A DNA stretch of 63,892 nucleotides, counting the filler, from Olpidium bornovanus S191 (lineage: Eukaryota; Fungi; Olpidiomycota), in assembly GCA_017911155.1 (NCBI GenBank). It is 33 parts of 33 records of this genome, joined end to end, with 100 filler letters (N's around TTAATTAATTAA, not from the genome) between each part and the next. Parts side by side here need not be neighbours in the genome. Positions count along the whole stretch, not along the records: positions 8,442 to 12,020 come from JAEFCI010009354.1; positions 12,121 to 13,304 come from JAEFCI010008764.1; positions 13,405 to 15,482 come from JAEFCI010002218.1; positions 15,583 to 17,495 come from JAEFCI010002717.1; positions 17,596 to 20,265 come from JAEFCI010012644.1; positions 20,366 to 21,915 come from JAEFCI010005081.1; positions 22,016 to 24,305 come from JAEFCI010004693.1; 26 more parts are not named here. One strand, written 5' to 3'. Shown here piece by piece: positions 11,222 through 22,359 of this stretch. The notes under the pieces were generated by a model. It was not told where the DNA came from and ran no database searches. It worked only from the letters and a program-made list of their open reading frames with translations. How positions within the stretch are numbered: the first letter of the stretch is position 1; each line of letters begins with the position of its first letter. Position numbers and translations under genes: made by a program.

Positions 11222-11876
11222 ATGGCGTCGATTTCCTGCAGCGCAAACGGCACGCCGCTGCCGGACGCTTCCGACCCGGTGGCGGACACCCTGGCGGAGG
11301 ACTCGGAGGACACCGAAACGCCCATGATCGACCTCGTCGGCCGCGCCGCCGCGAGGAACGGCGCCTGCGGAGGAGGCGGCGGATCGCCGGGCTCGGGCGA
11401 GGAGTCCGACGTCCCGCTCTCGCGCAGGCTGAACGACGCCCGGCGGCTCAAGCGCGAGGACAGCGGCGAGGAGTCCGACGTCCCGCTGGCCGCCACACTG
11501 AAAAAGAAGAAGAAGGCGAAGCCCGCCTCCAAGCCGGACGCGCATAGCGACGGCGATTCCGACGTTCCCCTGGCGCAGAAGTCCAGACCGGCTGCGGTTA
11601 AGAGGAGGAAGGCCGCCGCGAAGGCGGAGTCCGAGTCCGAAAGCGACAGGCCACAAGTGCTTATTCCTTGCGGAGGCGCCCTGTTTGCTGCTGCTGTTCG
11701 CGGTTACTTCTTTTTTCTTTTTTTTTTTTCATTGCCGGCCGCGCCGGCTGACCCGTTGGCCCCCCCCCCCCCCGTCTGCGCGGCCCCCTTCACGTTTTTT
11801 TTTTCGGCAGCCCAAGAAGCGTAAGGATTCCGTCGCGGCCAAGCGACCGACGTCGGCGACAGCTGGACCAGGAAAG
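11222..11876 (+). CDS. N-terminal exons of a Lys/acidic low-complexity protein with repeated SDVPL motifs (resembles fungal topoisomerase I N-terminus; 3' truncated)
   Basis: ATG at 11222. Exon to 11656 contains [16 protein letters not shown] and GDSDVPLA plus KKKKK. GT-AG intron, then exon 11811-11876 ([12 protein letters not shown]). No catalytic domain lies within the contig. Confidence 0.5.
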
Positions 11877-12235
11877 GTTCGGATGCGCCCGCGCTCGCTC
11901 GCCAGGTCGTTTTTTGGTTGCCGCGCTCCCCCCCCCCCCCCCCCCCCACCCCCCCCCGGCCCCCCCCCCCCCGCCCCCCCCCTTCCCCCCCCCCCCCCCC
12001 CCCCCCCCCGCCACCCCCCCNNNNNNNNNNNNNNNNNNNNNNNNNNNNNNNNNNNNNNNNNNNNTTAATTAATTAANNNNNNNNNNNNNNNNNNNNNNNN
12101 NNNNNNNNNNNNNNNNNNNNCATGCAGATGATGCTACGAAAGCCAGACAGGAGGCGGGTGTGGTGGGACTTAAAGACTTGTAAAGAGTGGCCTCTCCGTT
12201 TCGTAGTTTCCTTTTTTCCCCTTCTCCCTCCTCCA

Positions 12236-12995
12236 TTTACCTTCTTCGGCGTACATCGGCCTCGCCGATGAGATCGACAAACTTCTCGATGAGGCCGAGG
12301 AGCTTCGAGTTTTCCGCGGCCAGGCTCGCGACCTCTTCTTTCGACCTGACCCAATTTGCTGCGCGGGAGACGGGAAACAGGGCGGTCGGGAAAACCGACC
12401 GGGTAAGGAGATCCAGGGTGAGCACCGGGCGCTTGCGAGCGGTTCGCGTCCGCATTGCTATGGGGATCTTCTCCCGACTTTTGACCCTTCGCCCGCTCGG
12501 CGGGGGGCAAAAGTTTTTTCTATTCCTTTCACGTCGTCGTAGAGCTTCTCGATTCTCTTGATTCCCTATGCTTGCTTTTCGTTGCTCGCCTTGATCGACT
12601 TTTCCGCTTTTTTGCCCGGGACCGGGAAGGGGTGAGGGGAAGGGGGGAGGGCAGGTCGCCTTTGCCCGTCAGAGCGCTTTATTCCACCGGCAACTGGGCG
12701 CGCGTGAATAGCTGCCAAAGTCTTGGACCCTACCTCCTCCTTGGCCGCGTTTCACTAACGTCTTGCTCACGCGAAGTAGAATAAAAAATGGAGGGGACCT
12801 GGAACTAGTTGGACAGCCGGTCCGGGCAAATCCGATGTGAGGGGGGCGGTGGGATTTACCTTGTTTCTGACGGAGATTTCATAATCGACCGCCAGCTGCT
12901 ACATGGTCATGGTCCTTTCGTTTTCCTCTACGGAGGCCTCTATGAACTTGTGGATCTCCTCCAGGATGCCTTCACACATCTTGGCAGACGTTTTA
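12236..12995 (-). CDS. Unidentified coding exons (coiled-coil-like)
   Basis: Splice-bounded segments read MCEGILEEIHKFIEASVEENERT and ANWVRSKEEVASLAAENSKLLGLIEKFVDLIGEADVRRR. The family was not recognised and the exon joins are uncertain. Confidence 0.35.
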
Positions 12996-13505
12996 TAATT
13001 TTACGCCCGGCACGTCGAGTACACCGCGCGCATCTGCGCCTGAGCGATTTCCCGCACGGGAAGAAAGAGGGACGCGGGGGGCGGCGCGCGAAAGCAAAAA
13101 CGCCGCAGGAAAAGACGGGTAGAAAGGGGGGAAGATGTACGGCGGGAAATGTCGGCGGCGGGGGACTCAAGATTTTCCGAAAAAGCCCGTTGCGCCGGAT
13201 TTGGCCGGGGGAAGGACGCCGCTCAATCCGGTTACTTTTTTTGGTTCCCTGGCGAAAAAAGAACGATCAACTTTTCTTCGTGGCCAAACGTCGCGGCGCC
13301 CATGNNNNNNNNNNNNNNNNNNNNNNNNNNNNNNNNNNNNNNNNNNNNTTAATTAATTAANNNNNNNNNNNNNNNNNNNNNNNNNNNNNNNNNNNNNNNN
13401 NNNNGCCAGACACGAGACGAGATCGCTGTCTGGGGCCGACGGTCGCACAGCGCGATTTTAGGGCCTTGGCCACAAGAAACGCGTTGCGGCGGGGGGTTTT
13501 TCCCG

Positions 13506-13545
<40 letters not shown>

Positions 13546-14417
13546 TTTTCGCAGGCGCGCGCGGAACGGCCCGACGGGGCGCGCTCGGCTTTTGCACTCG
13601 GCCGGCCCCCGCCCTCCGCCCCCATTCCGCCCCGGGCGCCTTTCCCCCCCGCCTTGGCCAACAGAACGGCGGGCGGGACGGATTTTCCTCTTGGGCGTCT
13701 AAGTGAAAAATGTCTCCGGCGGCTGAAAAGGCGTCCAAAGGGCTTTGTGGAGAATTTTCGGCGCGAGGCCTAAGCCGCTCAAAAAAAAAAAAAAAAAAAA
13801 AGGCGCGCAAAAGGGAGACTTTTTGGCTCGGCGTCTCGAGATCAGGCGTCACCGCCCACCCCGCCCCAAAAAGCAAAATGCGCGCGCGGCCGGCCAGCCC
13901 TGTGAAAGGAGAGAGCCAGACCCGGCAACTTCTCGGCGAAAAAAACGACACGGGCAAGCGCGCACCCAGCAGACGGTGGGAAAAAAAAAAGGAGGCTCGG
14001 GGGGAAAGGGAACCATTTCAGCTCCCGCGCGCGACCGCGGAAGTTCCAAAGTTCCGACTTAAGGCTGCTTGCCCGATTGTCGCAGGAAATGATGGTCGAA
14101 GGAGTCAGTGGCCCGCGCGTTCAACAGGAATTCACCCCCCCCCCTCCCCGCCGCCCCTTTTCCCGCCCCCATTCAACTCCCCCACGCCTCGGTTGCGGCA
14201 GATACGCGCCCGGTGCGGCGTTTCTCCGACTTGTGAGAGGATCGAATATTTCCCGAAACGGGGCCTAAGGATCAATCAGGCCCCTGCCGATCTCTGGATA
14301 ACTCTACGCTTTGACGGTCGTGGTATTCTGCCTGCGAGAAAATCAAACGGAATTTTTGTCACTGTACAAGGTTGTCAGTGTACCGGGGCCATCCGACAGG
14401 GAACTGGCAAACGGGCG

Positions 14418-14502
14418 CGTACACGCACGCCCGCGCTCACACTCACAAACGCACGCACACCAATGAACGAACACGCACGCACGCACGCACGCACACGCGC
14501 AC
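14418..14502. repeat. (CACG)n-like microsatellite
   Basis: Runs of acacgcacgc and gcacgcacgcacgc. Confidence 0.8.
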
Positions 14503-14900
14503 ATGCTGCTGAGGGGAAAGCGAAGGCAGCAAGCTCGTAATCGGATACCAACTGGCTACTGTAACGCCCGTCGGCAAACAACGGCGCGTTTCTTAATCGA
14601 CCTCGCGGTTATTGGAGAACAAAGAGGAACCGGTTGTGGGGAAGAATACACACACAGGCACCCCTCCGAACGTTATTAGGTTTGCGATGAACCCAAAATA
14701 TATGCAGCCGGAACTGGCGTGGGGTATGCCCGTGGTCTCCACGCGAGCGGGTGTCGCTGGCCATATTTTCACTTTTTATTTTAAATATATACACAGCCAA
14801 ACCCCCCAGATATCTCGTCGATATATTGGTAGTCACCAACGCGACATCACCAGAAGATATCACATGCCAGCCAACGCGAGCTCCTCCTGCAAAAATAAAT

Positions 14901-15016
14901 CGATGTTGCGTGACGTCGAGGGTACGATGTCGCGTGACGTCGAGGGCACGATGTCGCGCGCACATCGAGGGCACGATGTGGGGCACGTCGAGGGCACGAT
15001 TTGCGCCACGTTGAGG
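14901..15016. repeat. 24-bp tandem repeat, five copies
   Basis: Consensus CGATGTCGCGTGACGTCGAGGGCA at 14901, 14925, 14949, 14974 and 14997 (the last is degenerate). Confidence 0.9.
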
Positions 15017-15582
15017 AAATGATGTCGCACGAGCCCATCCCTGGTATTTGTGCCGACATCGTCGTGAACACATCGCATTGGCATCGCCTCCAGGTTGTGT
15101 TTTTCCTCCGCTGCCATTGGTTGGTCGATGTTGAGGGGATTGTGTGGTGAGGAATTGCGTGCAGCACCGGGTACTTATTGCGTCAAGCAATGTTGAGGAT
15201 GCCGTGTGTGTGACATCTTATTAGTCGGATATTTACAATCTCTTTACAGATTTTGTTTAATCCCGGCTGCCTCGCGCTCCCCACCCCCCGATGTAATGAA
15301 CGTTGGCAGCGCAACATCACCCTCCCACCACGCCACGTCACCCCTTGATCTCAATTCCAACGTGTACTTTCTATCTAGTCTATATTTAATTATTGGGGTG
15401 CTCGTCGCTCATCCCATCAGCAATGACGTAGCACACCATTCTATCTGACCGCTCGTTAACAAATGTGGCTACATCCTCATGANNNNNNNNNNNNNNNNNN
15501 NNNNNNNNNNNNNNNNNNNNNNNNNNTTAATTAATTAANNNNNNNNNNNNNNNNNNNNNNNNNNNNNNNNNNNNNNNNNNNN

Positions 15583-15696
<114 letters not shown>

Positions 15697-16109
15697 AAGA
15701 AAGCCAAAAAAAGAAAGAAAGCCAAAAAAAAACAAAAAAAGAAAGAAAGCCAAAAAAAAAACAAAAAAAGAAAGCCAAAAAAAGCGTAGGTTTGGGTCCG
15801 CCGACCGATTTCCTCTTCCAACCGATCAGAGACACCAGGGTTTTGATTAGGCAGCCAGCCGCAGGAGTAAAAACGACCAGTCTCCCCATTTCGTAAGTCT
15901 TTGCGGACGCAAACCGGGCCTGGTTCTCACAACCCTCCGGGTTTGTTCGTCGACGATCTAATCTCCATCATTGAGGAGTGCCGTGTGTTGTATACAATTG
16001 TGTACCGCCGTAGAGAGAAATAACCAACAAAATTAGAGTACCCTTTTTTTAAAAAAAAAAAAAAAAAAAAGTACGTCGATGCGCTGCAGAATGTCATCGA
16101 CAAAAACTC

Positions 16110-17360
16110 TCACGCGCTGTTCGCCGCCTTGTACGCCACGAACGCGGACAGGTTTCGGTAGGCCTCGTCGGCCCGCTGTCGGAGGTCCCGGTGGATCCTT
16201 TTGTCGACGCTGCGCGCGATGTCGCGGACAACCGGCGCGGCCTGTCGTAGCCTTTTGATAAACCCGCACGCGACGAAGACAGGAGAGTCGTAGTCGAAAT
16301 TCTCGTCTGCGTACACGTCGTACACTGCGTTCAGCACTTCGCACGTCCATTCGGCAGCGAGCGGAATGTCCTCGCGCGGAGGAAGAGAGGGCGGGAGCGC
16401 GGAGATAAGGAACGTGCCGATGAGCTTGGTTGATATGATAATTCGAAGAGGGACGCAGCGGGAAGAGCATTAGCGTAACTGAGCTTGGCCAAAAGGCACC
16501 ACCCCCAACCTCCAAACAAAACAATAGCGAGCCCAACCAAAAAGACCAATAAAGTGGTTCTGACATGAAGAACAGTAGTCGCAAATATTTTCTAACAAAA
16601 GAAGTCGCTGACCTTATTGTCATCAATGCGCCCTTGCGTCCGGCCAAGGATCCCCAGCAAATTTACGCCCTTAGCACGGAGAGTGGGAGGCAAGTCGGGA
16701 GCATTGCACGCGTTAATCAACATCTGGATCTGTTCAGTGGTTGTCGGCTGCAAATGAAAGAACCGCAAAGGTCAGCCAAACGCACCCCCGGCGGGTCCCT
16801 ATTCACCCGAAGTCCAGAAAACGCTGGAAAATGCCTACAATCTGCTCTCCAGCAACGTTGACTCCTCGGGCTAAGGCCCACAAGCACCCAACTAGTCCGT
16901 CCTGAGCCTCCGTTCGATCCTCAACCGGCAACTGAGCTGCAGATAACGCTGCGGTGGCCGAGTAAATTACGTCCCACCACATGGCGGCATCCGCGGGCGA
17001 CAATCTCTTGAACCACTCGGTGCCGGCATTAAGCAGCGCGTTGTTTAGCGCCCCGCAGGCGCGCGCTTGCACGCGCGCGAGGTGGGCCGAGAACGTTTTT
17101 GCCCTATCTGGGACGAGGCTTGCCGCGTACTCCGAAAGCACGCGGTATGTCGTGGCGTGGCGCAACACCGACGGCAGAGTCCGTGATGAGAATGATCCGT
17201 TCGTGGCGGCGTCTAACTTCTGAACCACGCTCGACTCCCTCTCCACTTCGCCGGCCACCATCACTGCGTCCACCAGCTCGTCGTTTTCGTCCCCGCTGGA
17301 AACTTCTATCTCGTCATTCCAACTGCCGGTTACTGAGGTAAAGTCAGAATCAGTAGCACG
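16110..17360 (-). CDS. SYO1: HEAT-repeat ribosomal protein import adaptor Syo1/HEATR3, C-terminal exons
   Basis: Exons ~17360-16839 (RACGALNN..LWALARG), 16747-16613 (EQIQMLINAC..GILG) and 16424-16110 (EVLNAVYDVYADENFDYDSPVFV..DKR..LRQRADEAYRNL..AY-stop). The last matches the conserved Syo1/HEATR3 C-terminus. Confidence 0.85.
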
Positions 17361-17665
17361 CTGGTGATGACAAACAAAAGAACCCCCCACAAAAGCCAAT
17401 AAGAATGATAGTTTTGCAGCCCACCATCACTTGCGAAATCTTCAGAGCACAAATTAGTTATCATTTCCAAACACGTTTGAATGGTGGTGAGCATGNNNNN
17501 NNNNNNNNNNNNNNNNNNNNNNNNNNNNNNNNNNNNNNNTTAATTAATTAANNNNNNNNNNNNNNNNNNNNNNNNNNNNNNNNNNNNNNNNNNNNCATGA
17601 GATTCCCCGACCGGCGGCTCGGCGTGGGGGCAATGCAAATTTTTCTGTCTCTTGCCAGGCCCCAT

Positions 17666-19542
17666 CTACGTCGTTTTCTTGCTGATGTTGTTGAAGCCTA
17701 TGCCAACGCACGCGGCAAGGACTGTATCGTTCGCAGGGTCGGGCACGAGCTTGAAAGTCACGCCGATAATGTCCCTCAGATCTCGCAAGTACGCGATGCT
17801 GCGGCGGGGGTGCGGCCGAATAATTGTGAACCATTGCGGCAGGTGCGTGTCAACGGCGATCTGGCGAAAGCCGCGGGACAGGCGTTTCCACCCCGCCCTC
17901 CAAAGACCAACGAACGCTTTTGTGTGCAAAGCAGCCAGGAAAACAAGCGGGACGAGGGTTCTGCGACTCACGTGAACGGCGTCAGCGGGCCTAGCCGGAC
18001 CTTGGACACGTCCTCTGGCCCCAAGGCCATGAGGGTGAGCACGAGCCATTGGTTCACCCCGTCGACGCATCCACCCCTCCGGATCTCCTCGAGAAGCCTC
18101 AAGGCCGCCTTCTCGCCGACGACCTCCGGGGTCTCGCCGGCCTGACCGGCCACTTCCGAGCCCAGCAGGGCCCCGGTCGTGCTTTCCGCAACGAGGGCGA
18201 CCGCGAAGCCGGGGCTCCTGCCGCTGTCGCCGCCCTTATACACGTCCGTGTACACGTACACGTCCGGGATGTACCTGGTCAGCACCGGCCGCGACGCCTC
18301 CACCAGCCGATTGGCCGTCTGCGGGCTCACCCGCGCCGCGTACGCGATTCCGCGGACACGCTTGATGCGGCCCTCCTCCGTGAAGTACGCCGGTCGCAGC
18401 GTCCGCACGTTGGGGCACGCGAAGTGCACCTCCCCGCCACCCAGTGGCGGGGCGCCCCGCTTCGCGATCCGAAGCTCCAGCCACTCCTCAATCCCGAAAC
18501 GCTTCAGCTGCGGAAGCGTCACCGTCCGGATTATGTCCGCCTAGTTGTCCAGTAGGGAGACGCCCGCAGCGGGGTTCAGCACCGTGGCGGACAGTCAAGA
18601 CGGGCGACGCGACCGGTGGAACGGCGCCAACTCACCGACAGGTCGACGTTATCGGATGTGATGCCTGTTAAGGTAAGGTTCACGGGGTTCTTGGCAAACG
18701 GTGCAAGGGGTATAATCGCCTCCAGGAAATAGCCGACGGCCCGCGATGTCCCGCAGTCGTGGTTCACTTTTCCCCCGGTTATGACGCCCGGCTTGTAGGC
18801 CACTGTGGTGCCTGCGGCGTAAAAGCAATTTGGGGTACGTTTAGGATGCCGCCCCTCAGCCTTTTTCTCCCCCAGCCTTCCCGCTTCGCGATCCGGCGAC
18901 TGCCGCGAAGCACAAAGACAAGACCGCTACGAAAGCGCCGCGGCCAACAAAACAAAGGAGCCCGTACCGGTGAAGCTGATTTCGACCACTCCACCGTTTG
19001 TGAGCTTCTCGAGCAGTCGAAGGAAACTCGCTTCGTAGTCTGCGGCCCCCCGGGGGACGGAAAATTTTGGCGGGCAGAGGACACGTTCAGAGCCGAGGCC
19101 ACGGGTTTTTTCTTCCCCGTACGAACCGCCGGCACACGCTCTTAGGACGTCGGCGAACCTCTCGGCCCCCGACTCGCTCACTGGCTCCGAGCGGACTCAG
19201 CACGGCCCACCACCCACTTCCGCACTGTTCCGCCGACAGCCGTCTTTTTCCCTCTCTCTCGTCGCCACCGCGCTCTCACACGCCGCCGCAAAAAACCTGC
19301 GCTTCCTCGTTCCCTTGCCGCCGTCTGTTTCACTCCCCTCCATGAAAAGGGGGAAAAAGAAACCAACAACAAACGAAGCAAAAAAAGGCCCGCGTTTTAC
19401 CTCTCAGGCCCGGGTCGTGCTCGTCCGAGCGGATGCCGTCTATCCGAACGGGCCTGCCGGCGAGGGTGGCTAGCACCAGTCGCTGGCGAAAGTGCGCGTG
19501 GCCGGTGAACTTGAGCGCCTTGGCCGAGCGCGGCGGCGCCAT
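17666..19542 (-). CDS. RCL1: RNA 3'-terminal phosphate cyclase-like protein Rcl1, complete, five exons
   Basis: Exons 19542-19401, 19039-18968, 18811-18636, 18540-17972 and 17798-17666. Motifs: FRQRLVLATLAG, DYEASFLRLLEKLTNG, HDCGTSRAVGYFLE, KRGAPPLGGGEV, EEIRRGGCVD. Confidence 0.97.
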
Positions 19543-19715
19543 GGCGCGCCTTTTCTTTTTTCTTCCCTTCTTTCTACTTTTTTGCCGCCTGGGGGGCCCC
19601 CCGGGTCTTTTCTTTTGGGATGCGGCCGTGCAGAGCGCGAGCGGCGGGCGGAGAGGCAAGAGAAATTGACGAGGGGCGACCCTGAATCGGCTGAACCCCA
19701 CGGCGCGCCGACGGT

Positions 19716-20036
19716 ATGAACAACCGCGGGACAAAACGGGGCTTCCTTCCCCCCCCCCCCCCCCTCTTCCCCGACGCTCAAGAGGAGGAAGAGCGCGCGA
19801 AGATCAAGGACAGCACAGGCCCCGGCGGCACCTGGACGCAAAGCGAGACGGTCGAGGGCGAGGGCGTCAGAGAAACGCAAGCAGCAGCAGCAGCAACAGC
19901 AGGCGGTCCACGAGCGGAGCGGCGCTCGCCTCCCGCTGGCGCCGCACGTACCCAGGTCGCAAAAAGCTCCCGCGGCAGGCGAAAAACCGCCGCACGGCCG
20001 ACGAACAGCCGGACGGGGAGGGGCGGGGAGAGCCAG
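19716..20036 (+). CDS. Possible first exon of an unidentified gene divergent from RCL1
   Basis: ATG at 19716, open frame to a CAG/GTAATG donor at 20036. Low complexity, no family motif. Confidence 0.25.
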
Positions 20037-20171
20037 GTAATGGGACAGGGAAGGGGGCGAGGGGGGCGAGGGGGTGGGGCCCGCCGCTCCAAGGCAGGAG
20101 GGGGGGGTGGTCGGCGGATGGGAATTTTTATCCGGACTCACGTGACGGGGGGGGGGGGGGGGGGGGGGGCC

Positions 20172-20217
<46 letters not shown>

Positions 20218-20365
20218 GTTGGTGGGGGGAGCCTGGCGGAGGGCCGCGGCCCGCAGCCGCGGAAANNNNNNNNNNNNNNNNNNNNNNNNNNNNNNNNNNN
20301 NNNNNNNNNTTAATTAATTAANNNNNNNNNNNNNNNNNNNNNNNNNNNNNNNNNNNNNNNNNNNN

Positions 20366-20485
20366 CCGCGCGGTCCGGCCGACACGGTGGAGGTAGTCGG
20401 CCACCGTTTTCGGGAAGTCGAACAGCACGACGTGGTCGACGGCGGGGATGTCGACCCCCCGCGCGGCGAGGTCGCTGCACACCAT
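20366..20485 (-). CDS. DEAD-box RNA helicase, C-terminal domain fragment
   Basis: [12 protein letters not shown] (motif V), VVLFDFP and [10 protein letters not shown] (motif VI), cut by the contig end. Confidence 0.88.
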
Positions 20486-20713
20486 GGGGGATTTGACGAA
20501 ACCTGCGCGCGCGTTCTTTGGGCGAGCGCGACGGAGCGCGAGAATGTTCTGGGCGGTTCTGTTTTCCGGCTGCAGTCGACGGCAGGGTGTTTCGTCCGCC
20601 CGCCTCCTGGGGCGCCCTCTCTCTTGGCCCTTTTCCTTTTCGCTTTTTTTTCCCCCTCTTCCTTCCCCCTCCAACCCCGCTTCCCACCCGAGCGGCGAAA
20701 AAAAAAAAAAAAA

Positions 20714-20744
<31 letters not shown>

Positions 20745-21311
20745 AAAAGAAGGGTAACGGCTGAAACGGGCGGAAACGCAACCTGCTGCTTTTGCTGCTG
20801 GAATCGAGTTGACGCTGTGGCTGGCTCGCCGGCTCGATTTGCAGGGGAGAGAGGAGGAAATAACCAAAGGAAGACGCAATGGCCCAGGTGCGTACGCGAA
20901 AAACCCGTTGCTTCGCCGCGGCTCGGTGGCCGGGGTGGGGGGAAGGGGCGGAGGGAGGGCTGTTGTGGACCGCGCGCTTTTGTCCGCTGTGATGCCGGCG
21001 CCACTCGAGGCCGCCGCTTCCGAGGCTGCGACATCCGCACACGGCCCCAGTGCGCGCCGCCTGTGACGACGGCCTTGGCGCGAGCTTCTGCAAAAGGCGG
21101 CGGAAGACGGACGACTTCTAAGCCGTGCTTGGTTGGGGTTACGGCGAAAGCGGCTACGGCGACGGCTGCCAGCGCGACGTGTCGGTGTCGTGTGGGAGTC
21201 CTCAGACGCGGCCGTTCGCCGTCGGCTTTTGCGGGCTAGCCGCTGCTACAAACACGCTGAGTTTGCTGCCGTCTTTCTCGCGCGGCGCTGACCTTGGTCT
21301 CCATCCTGTAG

Positions 21312-21915
21312 GCGGAACAACTCAAAGCCGAGGGAAACAAAGTTTTCGCCAGCGGAGATTTCGCCGCTGCCGAAAAACTTTTCACGGAGGCGATCGCGCT
21401 CGACCCGTCAAACCATGTGCTGTATTCGAATCGGAGCGCGTGCTATTGCTCTCTCAAGCAGTACGACAAAGCGCTGCAGGACGCGAATAAGACGATCGAG
21501 CTAAAGAAGGACTGGGCAAAGGTGCGTGTGCTGGTCACGTTTTTATTTCTTCCCCTGCTGTGTCCGTCGGACTCGCCGGGCGCGTCCGCTCAACGTATTT
21601 CACCGCCGGTGTCCCACAGGGATACTCCCGGAAGGGTGCTGCTCTCTTCGGCGAGGGAGATTATGCAAAGGCTGTCGAGGCATACACGGAGGGCTTGCAG
21701 ATTGAGCCGGAGAACGCTCAGCTTCGAAAGGGGCTTGAAGACGCGAAGAGCGCCGCGGCAAGCGCCGGCGGCGGCTTCCCCTCTGCGCTGTCCAACATGT
21801 TTGGGCCCGACCTCCTCCAAAAAGTAGCGGCGAATCCAAAAATTGCGAAATATCTTGCCCAGCCGGATTATGTCGCTATGCTACAGATGCTGCAGAGCAA
21901 CCCCGGATCTATGAG
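21312..21915 (+). CDS. STI1: Hsp70/Hsp90 organising co-chaperone Sti1/Hop, TPR1 and DP1 (3' truncated)
   Basis: Exon 21312-21521 reads AEQLKAEGNK..NHVLYSNRSA..DWAK. Exon 21620-21915 reads GYSRKGAAL..ANPKIAKYLAQPDY. Confidence 0.95.
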
Positions 21916-22015
21916 NNNNNNNNNNNNNNNNNNNNNNNNNNNNNNNNNNNNNNNNNNNNTTAATTAATTAANNNNNNNNNNNNNNNNNNNNNNNNNNNNN
22001 NNNNNNNNNNNNNNN

Positions 22016-22359
22016 ACCTTCGCTATGCAGCGTGTCCCCCACCAGAGGCATTGGCACTAATACATTCCGATGTCCGTGGGCCAATGGACACCTCATCGCG
22101 TGGAAACAAATACGCGGTGAGCTGGATTGATCATGCCTTTCGCTATGCATTCTCTCATACTCTTCCAAGCAAGGAAAGCGCCCAGATTGAAAAATCCTTC
22201 CTGACAATATATGCACTCGCTGAGAGACACACCAGTCACCAGATCAAGGCACGCCGCTCGGATCATGGGGGAGAGTATGTGTCTACTCACTTTAAATCAA
22301 TCCTCCTTGAAAAAAGGATTTATATGCAATTGACCATTCGCGAAACACCAGCAAAATGG
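22016..22359 (+). mobile_element. Ty1/copia integrase core fragment (degenerate)
   Basis: IHSDVRGP, KYAVSWID and RSDHGGEY, then a frameshifted TP(Q)QNG immediately before the junction at 22360. Confidence 0.9.

Noticed and set aside
9681-11246. 521-aa ORF fusing low-complexity sequence to MoaA
   Set aside because: The upstream part translates homopolymers and GA repeats of the intergenic region. The plausible start is the ATG at 10337.
13541-13960. Apparent similarity to the 160-bp repeat unit at 3527-4737
   Set aside because: Only short GC-rich words match, in mixed orientations. A 17-nt match at about 24422 (CACGGGCGCTTTGCGGC) is likewise too short to call.
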